A program made the position numbers and the translations under genes. This document shows, piece after piece, positions 47,149 to 59,780 of a DNA stretch of 64,000 bases. The notes beneath the pieces were generated by a model that was not told the DNA's origin, ran no database searches, and saw only the letters and a list, made by a program, of their open reading frames with translations. The stretch lies in assembly GCA_030704615.1 (NCBI GenBank), contig CM060732.1, positions 1,240,001 through 1,304,000 of the forward strand, written 5' to 3'. The DNA comes from Takakia lepidozioides. Taxonomy: Eukaryota; Plantae; Bryophyta. Position 1 is the first letter of the stretch; each line of letters begins with the position of its first letter.

Positions 47149-50090
47149 CTAATTCCGTCTGGCACGACGACGATGGTATGATCTCACACCTAGTACAAAA
47201 TCTTCGTCCCCACTCACTTCACCCCCGTTCCCATGATCAGTGCTAGAATCATGATCTCCATCTGTTCTTTCGTTTCCAAAGGCAACTGGCCGTTGGACCT
47301 GTAGTCGTCCTCGGAGTACGTTCAGTTGTCTCTCTGGTCGATTTCCACTCCTATCATGAATACCATCTAGGGTATCAGACCTGTTCACAGGTCGGTCACC
47401 AACAAAAGGTTGCACAATTCTCTGTCGTTTCTGGGCTTGTCCCGGATTTTGTGGCCTTGGAGCAGGTCTCGTATGAGGAAGGCTACTCGCACGTACATCA
47501 GAGGGGCCGACATGAGAGGAAGGGGCATGAGATGGATCAGCGAGGGTTGATGGAGCACGGTTCACATGCGGACGTCGTCGGGCCAGATGAAACGACAATG
47601 GCCGGTCATTGTCATCCGATGGTTCGACTTGCAAAAGTCCCGCAACAGAAGAACCATCTCCCAGGATCGGAGTAGCGATGGAAGGAATTACATGAGGGGG
47701 AGAGAGACTAGATGGACCAGCATGGGATGGATAGGCTTGAGAAAGAGAAACATGAGATAGAGCGGGGTGAGATGAAGCACGGTTCACAGGGGCATGATGT
47801 CGGTGAAGGAATGACAACGGCTGGTTGTCATCATCCGACGATTCGACCTGCACATTTCCCGCAGTCCGTGGAACTCGTGGTGGGGAAAAGTTGACCTCAA
47901 CTTCATTGTTGAGATTGTGCTCCATTGGGGGAAGGAGGTCCGCAATTGGGATGACACCATGTCGCAGTTCATCAACAACAAGGTCATCGAAAGATGGATG
48001 CATTGCAACATCATCGTCATTAAATTCATATGGGTCATGTAGAGGATTGCCCACATCATCGGACCCATCCCAACCGTCGGAGTCGGAGTCCCTCGCGGCG
48101 TTAGTGTCATCATTGCTGCTAGATTGGACGGCAGATTCTTCTCGTACCATGCAGATGCGTCACTTGCTATCTTCTCTCGCAGTAGCCTACAATTCGTGTA
48201 GACATAAACCAAATTGTTAGCCCTGGCAGGATTCAACCTGTTGCGAATCTTGTGTGAACAAACGAGTAACTGCTCCAGTTCCGCTCACAGGACGAGGCAG
48301 AGCATACTTGAGTAAGAATACGCTTTGCAATGGGAGCTAACGTTCTTGCTCCAGCTCCAATCGGATCCCACCATTCATGTGATAACATGTTCATTGTTTT
48401 TGGATCTAGCATGTCATGGAAAGGATTATGCCGATCCGAGAAGCACTGGTACTCGGACAACGCTCGCTCTGCCATGTTCAAGGGCGCGAGTTGCATGATG
48501 ACCCGTACAAGCCCGGCTTTGGCATCAACATCGTCTCTCAAATCCGTATTGTCCAGCAAGAATGGATTCAGCAAGGCCCCCGCATAATGCAAGTCCGTGC
48601 GAACCATCCGTTTGCGGTCGTAAAAAGCATCCTCGGTCCTTGCCGCCAAATCATCGTCCATAGAAAATGGATGACGCCTCAAGGATTGCATGTGCTTCTC
48701 AAGGTTTTCCAATATCAACCATGCTTTACCCATTATTGGTTGTTTTCCATCAAACTCCCGCAAAGCAATCAACACCGGCTCCACCATGTACACAAAATTT
48801 GCACATTTCGCCCAGAAATCGTCGGAGCGAATGATTGCGCGGACCCTCCGACTTTTGCTCAAAGACTTGGACTTACGAGAGTCGCGTAAGGTGCCCACAT
48901 ACGCATCCCATTGAGGGTCAATGATCACCTGCTCCAGATCCGCCCTCACAGTCACCAGTCGATCCACCATCAAAAAGTTTGTGGCAAAGCGGGTTTCACC
49001 CGGGTTCCTAAGGCTGTATTTGGGTTCATGCTTTTTAAACAATGCCAGAGGGATGATGATGTGTACGAATGAACGTCACAACCGACTTTGCCCTTTTTAC
49101 TAGTTGTTTCATCCATGATTCTTTTCCCCAATCCTCCAAAAAGAGATCAAAGATATGAGCAGCATACCCTTGGTAATATAGATAGGGATATCATACCATC
49201 AAAATATCGGCCATATTAACCATGTTAGATGCATTTTCCGTGCACACTTGGACAATTTTATCAGCTCCAATTTTATCGATGAAACTCGTCAACAACCCTG
49301 CTTGATAACGTGCATATTTTCTCTCCCCGCTTGTGTCAACGGATCCCAAAAATTGTTCCCCCGCAGGACAGACCAGCATGACATTGAACAGTGGACGATT
49401 AGTAATAGAATTCCAACCATCCACACATATAGTGCTTCCATATTTCCGGAGAGAATCACCTGTCTTTTCATTCACCTTTTGGGTGAGGTCGGACATAGCC
49501 TCTTCTAGCAATCCTGTGCGGAGATCGCAATAACTCGAAGGTGTGTATGTGGACTTGGAATCGGACGTGGCTTTGACAGCAGCCACAAACGCAAGAAGCC
49601 TCGAGACATTGAACGGAATATTGGCCTCGTAGAAAAATTGGGCCCACTTCTTATCCAGAGTCCTCGTGTGCGATAAATTTAAGCCTTCTTGCATTGATTG
49701 TTGCCTCAATGGTCTGGTCCGTACAAGTGCTGGCGTACAATCGGGTGTTGCTCCCGACCAACCGACTTCTCCACGAATAGCAGACGCCTCGCAAGAATCC
49801 CCCTGGGTACAACTCTGAGGGACAGTTTGATTTGAACCTGGAGTGTTTGGCTCAGAAGCCGCGGCCACATCAAGAGACGGTGGGATATTGCCTCCATACG
49901 CAAAGTGGGCTTTCACTCGCATGGAGGCTTTTGGGCACAAACTAACCCCTACATTCTTCCTATCTCTGTAGCCGAGGTGATATAACATGCGATCTTTGCG
50001 ACCCGCCAGCTTCAATGCACAAAGATTGCATTGAACACCGTCTTTTTTGTGCAGGTCTATGGTGAACCAAGGGATCCACTCCTCCCTCAT
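47149..50090 (-). pseudogene. hAT transposase pseudogene (BED-like finger, DUF659, hATC dimerisation domain)
   Basis: CNLC..LYHL; ICVDGWNS; PGETRFATNF; WWDPIG..LAPIAKRILTQVCSASSCERNWS; with stops and frameshifts. Confidence 0.92.
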
Positions 50091-52739
50091 CCTCACACCC
50101 AAAACCCTAACCACAGACTTAAGGTTGAACAAAGAACACTAGTGTACTTGGTAGATTTGTCAAGAGCAATAGAAGTTTGAACAGAATACGATGGCCCAAC
50201 ACTACGGCATCAATCCAAGTGGATCAATGCACCATGTAGTATTGTGCTTTTCGACAATTTGCTGCAGTGGCTCTGGTGGAAGCCACAACAGCAAACGGTC
50301 CGCACCCTCCTCTTGGGCTTACACTCTTGTGTTCGAGGGCTGCTTGGGACTTAGACGCTTTTATAAAATTCTGTGGGGTACCCTTAATTTTTGCGCAGAC
50401 TGAGACCAACAGGAGCCTTAGGGGTGGCAGACGCAGGCTTTACGGGGGTTAGACAGCTCGTCACAGTCTATCACAACCAGACACAGCTTCGCACATCCAG
50501 ACACAGCCCGACACAGTTTTACACAGCCAGTCACAGCTCGGCACAGCTTGACATAGCCTGTCACAGTACATGGGGAACAGTTATCATTGACAGAGAACGA
50601 CTGTGTGGGAACGACATCTGCAGAGGGAACTTGTTACTTCAGGGGTGACGGTTAGTTAGTTAGGTGGTGAGAACAGCTTGCGGGTAGATTAGGCAGAGCG
50701 GCAACAGGAAGGGGATCACTTCTTGAGGAGGAGACGTAACGGAGAGCGGCGACAGTGAAGAGGAGATGATGACTTGATTGAGGCTTAATTCATGTAAGCT
50801 GTAAAATTATACAGTAGGGTAGATTAGAGACACCATGGCATAGACATGATACATGATTAATCTTAATCCGATACTGAATCGATACAAACATACTGTGTAG
50901 AGAGACACGAGAGAAGCTGTGTAATGAATGCATAATTAATTGGAACTTAGTAGATACTGAAGCAATCTGATGCTTCAGTATACACGGTAAGGTAAATTGA
51001 TAACATAAAGGCAAGAAGGAATACAAATAGGAAGCACTACCATGATTCACTAGCTGCAGGTCATGACTGATTGTTTTGAGCGAGCTGAGTGCTTAGAGAT
51101 ATCCAACTCTTCTATCTTGGAGTTTCCACCTCGGATAGCGAAGGGATGGGTGAGTAAAAGCCGCTCGACATCTTGCTCAAGGAATAAAGAACATTCACTC
51201 GCCACAAAAGTGTTTGCCACAAAAGAAGTGAGGGACATTGGGACCACCTTATATACCCTCCAGCCTCCAAGCCTCACATGCTCAACGAATCAGATCCAAT
51301 GCTGCGATCGCTCCAGGTCGCACGAGGAAGTCGCATATTTAAAAAAAAAAAAAAACTGCTGCGACCACCCTCATGCTGGTGGTCGCCCCTATTAAAAAAA
51401 AGAAAAATGCTGCGACCACCCCCATGCTCGTGGTCACAGAGATTATTTAAAAAAAAATTAAAAAAAAATTGCTGCGACCACTCCCCTGCTGGTGGTCGCA
51501 CCTATTAAAAAAACAGAATTTTTTTGCGACCACCCCCCTGCTGGTGGTCGCACCTATTAAACAAATAGAAATTTTTTGCAACCACCCCCATGCTGGTGGT
51601 CGCACCTATTAAAAAAAAGAAAAATGTTGCGACCACCCCCATGGTCGTGGTCACAGAGAATATTTTTAAAAAAAATAAAAAAAATAAAAAATTCTACGAC
51701 CACCCCCCTACTGGTGGTCGCACCTATTAAAAAAACAGAAAAATGCTGCGACCACCCCCATGCTGGTGGTCGCAGATATTAAAAAAAAGAAAAATCTTGC
51801 GACCACCCCCCTGATGGTGGTTGCACCTATTACAAATAAAATAAAAATTGTGCGACCACCAGTAGCGGTGGTCACAACTGTTTAAGAAAAGAAAAAAATG
51901 CGACCACCCCTGCTGGTGATCGCATCTATTTTTAAATAACAAAAAATGCTACAACCCCTCTGCTGGTGGTCGCAACTATTAAAAAATAAGATAAATTCTG
52001 CGACCACCACCATTTGGAGGTCGCACCAATTTAACAATAATGATTTAAAAATGACCTCAACTATTGGCGGATGGAGTAATTTATAAATCAATTCATTCAC
52101 TTGCCAAGGTGTCGCTCGGAATACAACGTATCCACCTACGTGGCATATTTTTCACCTAACTCATGTTTTACTGATTTTTCGGCAAAACTGACGTGACGTT
52201 GGTCGCGTCAGTGTCAGGTCCGACGTGACGTGACGTGACGTCACTAACGTGTGCAACCCTGATCCCCACCCAGTACAAATTCTTACACAAATATTTTGAC
52301 GTGAAAGTAACAATGGAAATCATACAAAATATGTAATATCACATGCATGCATAGTAATATTGATGGTATTTTTGTGAAATATGTACCGCCCAATATGACA
52401 ATTCGTAGATGATTGAAAGTTGTTTCATGCCTATATTGCGACGCAGCAGCAATGGCTGGGGACGGCTAGGCGACGCCCTGCGACGGCGGTGCGATGGCGA
52501 CCGCTACGAGCCAGCTCCCAGCTTCGGCTCGACACTCCCAGCTCCCGCCTTTGCCTCCTTTCCTCAGCGCCGACACTTGTTTGCCGGCGGCGCTAGGGCA
52601 ATCCCTTGTCTTCTCCCTCTCTTCTCCCTCTCTTCTCTCTTTCTCTTTTGTTTCTCCCTCTCCCTCTTTTGCTTTCTCTTTCTGCGTCGGCGTTCATGCG
52701 GCGCCGGGGACGCGAAACTAGGGCGAAACCGGCTCCTGG

Positions 52740-53075
52740 AATTTGGGGGGGGGGGGGGGGGTGAGCAGCAGCACTTGCTGCTCTCAGCCCCCCCATGCTT
52801 TGTTTTTTGCTTTTTGGAATGGGGGGGGGGGGTGTGAGAGCAGCAGCACTTGCTACTCTCATCCCCCCGCTTTGTTTTTTGCTTTTTGGAATGGGGGCCT
52901 TTTGTTTTTTTCTTTTTGGAATGGTGGGGGGGGAGCTGAGAGCAGGAGCACTACCTTTTGTTTTTGGGTTTTTGGAATGGTGGGGGCAAAAGCTGGTGCT
53001 CTCAGCCCCCCCACCTTTTGTTTTTTGCTTTTTGGAATGGTGGGGGGGGGGGGGAACTGAGAGCAGCAGCCCCCT
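52740..53075. repeat. Low-complexity minisatellite (TTTTGGAATGG + poly-G)
   Basis: About six copies of TTTTGGAATG(GT)GGGG, mostly followed by GAGAGCAGCAGC-like sequence. Confidence 0.85.
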
Positions 53076-53234
53076 TCATACTTTCTCCCTCCCTCTCTCC
53101 CAACCTTTTTGTTTTGTTTTTGGGTTATGTCGACACCTTTGTTTCTAACTAATTTGAAAATCTTTGAGGCTGAGCCTTGGCCCTGGCCTTGTTTGTGTCT
53201 TGCTTTAGGGCTGCAGTGGCAGCCTTGATTCAGT

Positions 53235-53882
53235 ATGACAAAGGAGAAGGAGAAGACGCCGCCCAAGCCCAAAAAATCCCCTGCCCCGAAGGTATCTGTG
53301 AACCCTTTCAAGATAGACCCCCCAGGTCGTGTGACACGGGCTGGTTCCTCCAAATTCACGAGTCTTATAGGCGGCGTCGCCAAAACGGGCCATAAGCAGG
53401 CCGAGGCCTCCACGCCGTTGAAGGAGGCTGTGGATTAGCCTCCACTTCAAGCTGGTGCACCGGCGATTGACGCTGAAACACCACCCCGACTACCGGAGGG
53501 CCCTGACACCTATGCGGGGAAGCGTATTATCAGGTCTTCCGGCAGGTATGGGCAGCTTGACCTCTCACCCATGTGTTCCCCTCCTTCTGCAGCCAAGAGG
53601 GCTTATTATGGGGAGGGTAAGAGTGGAAAAGAACCGGAAGTGGCAAAGGCCAGCCTAGAGGTTTGGGCCAAGAGGGAGGTTCAAAAGGGGGCCGCAGCGA
53701 GGGGGAAGAAGGAGGAGGCCGAAAGGAAGAGGGAGGATGAAAAGAAGACCTAAGATGAAAAGAAGATGGAAGAAAGGAGAGAGGCACCTGTAGAGGAAGA
53801 GGAGGGGGGGAAAGAAATAGAAAAGGAAGAGGAAATGAAGAGTGAAGAGGAGAGGGAGGCACTGGCGGCGCGGGTCGACGCG
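53235..53882 (+). pseudogene. 5' fragment of a Lys/Glu-rich disordered ORF, truncated by an insertion
   Basis: One frame from MTKEKEKTPP to ..EREALAARVDA with two in-frame stops, ending abruptly at CACTAC. Confidence 0.5.
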
Positions 53883-54100
53883 CACTACAACAAATCCTAG
53901 CTTTTAGGTTTGTTATTTTCTAGTCGTATCAGCCTTTTATGACTGCATGACTGCCCAAGTCAAATACACCCAGTCAGTTGTGACAAATGAGTCGTAAACG
54001 CCATAGAGTCGTATCTGCCAGTCGTGGTGCGAGCACTGTTGACGTGGCACCCGGGGATGCCTAATCATAGTAATAGATAAGACCGTAATAAATGACTGCT
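53883..54100 (+). mobile_element. CACTA/CMC-like terminus
   Basis: CACTACAACAAAT followed by AGTCGTA/ATGACT subterminal motifs; partner end not found. Confidence 0.5.
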
Positions 54101-57100
54101 AATCCATGTCAGCTTCACGTGGAGCGGAAGGGATATGCCACGTGTCACGACAATGTGGGGCGACAGGGTCTTCAAGACTGGCATATATGACTTCTGCATA
54201 TTAACCTCAGGACAACACGTGGAGTAAATTGGACTTGACACGTGGCATGACAGTATGAGGAGAGGGGGTCTTCCAAGAATGGCATGTATGACTTCCGCCG
54301 ATTAACCCCAGGACCACACGTGGAGAATATGGGACATGACACGTGGCATGACATTATGGAGGGGCATTAGAAGTTTAATAGGCCCTTAGGAAGGCCGCGA
54401 GTTTTGTTTTCTTGAATTCTGCCCGTTCTTGGTTGTTACACTAAAGAGACTTGGTTTCACGCCATCGCTGTCAAGTTTCCCTCGTTTTCGCGCCATCGTG
54501 GCAAGCTCTCTGCTGCAAGCTCTCAGTTGCGTGCTCAACGCAAACCGTGGCCTCGCGCGCGCATCAACTCTAGGCGCTCTTGAGATGCTCATCGCATCTT
54601 GCGGGGGCACTCGGGAGGAGGGCGCTGTTCGCCGGGCTTTCTAGCTTCTCCATGCGAGGCGCCATCCAGGCCCTTGCACGTCTCTCTCTGGCGCTCCGCA
54701 GGTAGCGGACTACCCCTTATCCTACGAACAGGGGCTGCCGACAGTTGCATGCAGCGAGTACATGCATTCTTGAGAAACTTAATGTGCTCTACGTATTACG
54801 ACTTCACATTCTGCTCTCTACCTCTCACTGGAGAGGGACGTATGCAGTAGGGGCTTGGACTCAAGTGACGAGCTCTTAGTGCCGTTCTCTGGGTCCCGGC
54901 GGACGTCTCTCTTGCGTGCGGTGCTTCAAGTGGTGACTCTGGGAGAACGGTCCTTCGAGCGGTGCAGGTGTATCTTGTCGTTATGCATGTGCGGCAGATC
55001 GATCTGACAAGCATGGTGTAATGCGTTGTGCAATGAACATATGAGAGATATTTGTACTCATAAGACTTTGTTTTCTGTACTCATATGAGAGAAAGATGTC
55101 TGTTTGTTTACTTTGTTTTCTGGCATACTTTGTTTTCTGTACATATGAGAGAAAGATGTACTCATAAGACTTTGTTTTATGTAGCCTATGAGGGAGAGAG
55201 AAACTGAGAGAGGGAGAGAGAGAGAGATGGGGGTTTGAGAGATGAATGTGGGGTATAGCCATGGCTCAATGAAGATAAGAGGAGGGCAGAGAGAAGCATC
55301 TACGTGGGGTTGCTGCTCGCACCACCAGAGCTGCTGTCAAGGCCTTTTTCCGTGACTTTCGTGACTCCGTGACTTCCATGAAGGTTTAAAGGTATGTGCA
55401 AATCTCTCTTCTCCTTTGTTTGTGGCACCCAGCAATGTTTTAACCTCTGCACCTGTCAATCTACCGGTCTTATACTAAAGGAGAGTTCTCCACCAAGTCA
55501 CGACCAGGGCTTGTGGCAAGAGAGACCCAGTTTGTTATAATGCGTTATGCTGAACCGAGGCTTCCAAGGATTCCATTGCACGTACAAGTCATTAACTCGT
55601 CTTCGCTCAGAGCTACTCCGCACCGATGAGAACGACGATACTGTCGAAATTCTGATATCAAAACGACGGACAAACAAAGGAAAAGATATTTTGACATCCC
55701 AATTGACATCCACCATAAATCGAACATGGCTTCCTATTTTGTTCTATGAATTGACAAGTTTAGGTTCAAATAGAATTTTAGTAAGATTTAACACATGTAG
55801 TTCAAAAGGGGATGGTGACTTTCAAGACATGTCTCGGAGATTTTGTACCAAGTCAGCCTAGTAAATCACATTAGCTCCGTCCCAACATTGCATGATAGAT
55901 GGTACTTGATGGGTTTCCATAGAGTTGGCAGGTTGATGGATGCTGCCTTTTGTTGTACCATATGACCTCATTACTGTCCAATGATACCTTGTCCAGATTC
56001 CGGGCCCGTGATTGCTGGTAAGTGCATGCCTTGGTAAAGCAGGAGCCCTAAGGACTATAACCCCATGTGAAAGTTGTAAGCCAGGTTTGTGGCAACCCTC
56101 ACTCCATGATGGAACTCAATGAGCACGATGATGGAACTCCATGATGGAACTCTGCTTCTCTTTCACAGTGGCTGCCCTAGAGAGGCAAGATGTGAATCTG
56201 GATCTGATCAAAGTGGAAGGGAAAGTTTGATCATCCTCCTTCCGAGCCTGATGCCACCCTGTTAAAGGATATTGGTCAGTTTCTCTTCTCTCTCTAGCTA
56301 TGCCAAGCAGAGTCTAATAGTGCGTGTCTTGATCTTTTTTGCCCCATGCGGGTTTCTTGAGGTTCACTGTTATAATACGCTAGAGGCGTTAACTGCTTAC
56401 CAATGGGTCTGTGGGTCTGATTACTTCTTTTGAAATGTGATATGGGTGCCGGACATTTCTCCAAGTCTGGAAGGCATTGGCACAATATATGGCGCAGTGT
56501 ATGGCACAATATTTTTTGTTTCTCCCTGAACATTAGGAGTTGATTTGATTGGAGCCCTCTTGTCACATGGGGATGAACTTTCACTTCTTATTGGTGCAAT
56601 GGTAAAGTTTACCATGATGATAGGCTTTGTCTGGCTCTCTTACATGGCATGGCTGGGTTTGTTTACAGCTCTGTCAAATAATTGAGCTTTCTAGACCACA
56701 TATAGTGCTATTACAGTAAGCCTAACAATGTTAACTCATGACAATGGCCTCTTGAAAGTCTTACTTCAATGCAAAGGGCTCTAACCTCTACACTAGGGTT
56801 GTTGGGTTTGGTTTGGTTTGGGTTGTTGGGTTTGGGCAGCAATCAGTATTGTTGTTGGTTGCCAGTATCTTTCTAGGCTGCCTGATTATAGAATGAAAAA
56901 CCATTGAGATGATTACAGGCCCTTTGGTTGTCTCCATTCAAGATGCCTGTCTGTATGTATTTAAGACTTGGCAGGGCAGTGAAGGTCTGTGAGCACTTGT
57001 GCGAAGAAAGGCCAGCTTCCAACTTTACAGGGGAGCCACAGATTGACACTGAGGGGAGGGAACTAGGGGAGACACCAAAGCTGATCTTTACCCATCTGTC

Positions 57101-58391
57101 AACTGGTAAGTGCAGTCATGTCGTTGTTCCCCAAAAGTGTGTCGTGCATTCTCAGGGCTAGATGCCTTTTTGTGCCCAATTCAGTAGTAATTTACGAATG
57201 TGTTTGATTTTTTATGTGATTCATTTGTACCCCGGTTGATGTGCTATTGTTTGTTTTCCAGTAAGTATATTGTCATCTTCCTCCTTTGGTTTTGTCTTCA
57301 GTGCAGGTCTGAGTGCAGGATTTGGAGAAGATACAAAGCATACTGCTGCACATGGTACTGCTTGTTCTAAGTGAGAAGGTTCTGTAAACCCCCCTCTTTT
57401 TGGCTATTTTGAAGGAACCTGTTTCCTTCTTAAGATCGGCACTACCTATTGTCAACACAGTTCGCATGTCATGTCTATTCATGCTGATGGGTGAAAGGTT
57501 TTAGCGAATGTTTGCATTTGCAGTAGGGTAGAAGTATGGTGAAAAGGGTAGAGGCGATTTTCAAGTACCTGAATCCAGGCAGGAAGAACTGACTGATGTG
57601 TTTTTGGACAAGTGCCTTAAACAATGCATGTTGTTCTGGCAATGCTTTTTCTTTTGATTTCAGAAGAGACATTGAACTGAATTTCAAGCCCCTGTGGATG
57701 GATGGGTTTTTCTGTGTGACAAACTGGACAATGCTTGGTGATGGCTGACAGCCATGTTTCGGGGTGAAAATGGTAACAGTCTGGAATATATTTCAAATGA
57801 AGTCTGTCTCCCTCCCTACCTCTCAAATATCAAATATCTAATCAATATCCAATATCCATCTTTTCATATATCAAAATCCAATATCCAATTTCCAATATGC
57901 AATATCCATTTTCTGATATAATGTCCAAGGTATGCTCATCAGAGAGGACCTTCACTTCACAGAGTCCTTGCACCTCTATTCATCAACTTTCAAAATCTTG
58001 AGGTTGAGCCTAAAGCCTTGGCCCCGTTGGAGTTTTATGGCTGGGAGCTCACAGACAGGAGATGAATGTCATCTGTGAAGAGCTATATAGAGGAAAGGGA
58101 TGCCTATATAGGGAAAGGGATCCCTCCTCACAAAGGTATCCCTCTTGTTCTGCCCAAACTGTGGGCGGGCCAAGGCTATGTAATGAGGCCATTGGCTTTC
58201 CCACATGAACTTTTTTGAACCTGTTCTGAGTCTGCAAGAAGTGGAACTCAAGAAGCATCCCTTGGACACAAGATACAATACCATGGACCTTGATTTTAGT
58301 AGGTTGTTAATCTTTAACTGAGCCAGCTGGGAAAGAGATTCTAAGTTGATTCCTTGGTGGGATACAGAGGGAATTGTAAATCCGAAACACA

Positions 58392-59780
58392 ATGCGGCCA
58401 CGAAGTGAAGTAGGATCTGTGATATTGTTCAATTCAAAAGACGAGGATGATAATTGGATTCCCATGAAGGTGGAGAGTAACTCTTGGGTAGCATTGATGC
58501 CAGGTAAAAGAGGCGATCATGCTAAAGATTCATCGAAGCATGGCGGAACTTCTACAACAGAGGGGGCGTACAAGGCGAAGGTGCTGAAGTTTCGTTTTGA
58601 AGGTGGATCCATAGTGGTATCCAAAAAATTTGTTCAACATGCTTACATGCAACGGCAACTCGATTTGCCTCCAGATGTAGCTTTCGGCAGAGGCGCTTGC
58701 AATTGTAAGATGTCTAACTTTCCTCATAAGTTTACATTATTTGTTATGAAGTTCACCTTGTATTGTGCAGTGTGGAACAACAATATGATGAGGGTGGGGT
58801 TTTCAATGCAGACCTATACCTTTCCACTTTTGAAGATTGGATTGATCCGAAGAGTATAATGGACGTTCTATATGTGGTGCACGCCGAAGTAGGTGAGGCT
58901 TGCCGTGGAAAACGAACACACAAGGAGCTTCTGCAAAATCATGTGTACTTCTACAATGCATTTTACACCCCACGCAATGGTAGATCCGAGTTTGGAATAG
59001 TGCAGCCGATCCCTCTTCTTGGTTTTAGTGACCCAGCTTGGCCATTACCGGACATGGCGACCAGTGAGTCTTTCAGACTAAAGTTGCGGTCTGATTTCTT
59101 ATCCTCTATGAAACCCAGAACAGGAAGCAAATCAACCCACTTACAATAGTTTATGCCAATCGGAGTAATGGTAGATCTATTTTCGGTGGCCAACAATATC
59201 TCTAAGAGCAATACCATGTTCACTTTCAAAGAACCATGTGAGAAGCTGTTGGAATCACTGATGGATAGTGGATGGGATACAAAATCACCATTGGAGCCGA
59301 TGTCATTAGATGTGTTGTCGATCGTTCAACATTGAGATTCAGATATCACATCGGCCGATCTGCTTTATATGCCACATTTCAATTCAATCGGCAACGCATG
59401 ATATCCAAATGGGAGACAATGGATCAGGTTCAGTCTGTGGAGATGGTCAGTTTATGTTGTGAATATGATGCAAGACAGCAAGAAATTGAGGTTGGGCGAC
59501 ATTGGTCAAGCATTCGACATGAGATTATGATTGCTTTTGGTTCAGACATTCCTGAGGACTTCACGATATTGGTGGATGAAGATGGGATCAAGTCCAAAAA
59601 GGTATGTGGAATTTGTTGTCAGCAATCATGGTAATCCATTCACAGCTTCAAATGTTATGATAGCTTCTAACAAAATTACATGTTTCTTGTTGATAGGTAA
59701 ACATCAGAAATGAGAAGAAGTACACAGCTGTCGATGTGCTGCCTCCGAAGCGACTACGACTTGTGGCCAATGCATCCTAA
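58392..59780 (+). pseudogene. Spliced gene with BAH-like N-terminal domain
   Basis: Introns 58705-58811 and 59602-59696. WVALMPG..YKAKVLKF..VQHAY..N|YLYLSTFEDWIDPKSIMDVLYVVH resembles a BAH domain. TAG near 59148 and a frameshift near 59280. Confidence 0.55.

Larger units (their letters stand above)
46030..52030 (-). mobile_element. hAT-type element with inverted arrays of palindromes (exact ends uncertain)
   Basis: Transposase flanked by TGCGACCACCAGCAGGGGGGTGGTCGCA arrays at 46035-46425 and 46680-46830, and by the reverse-complement array at 51300-52030. Confidence 0.75.

Noticed and set aside
54400-58300. Short ORFs and possible decayed genes
   Set aside because: No recognisable motifs or coherent exon chain.
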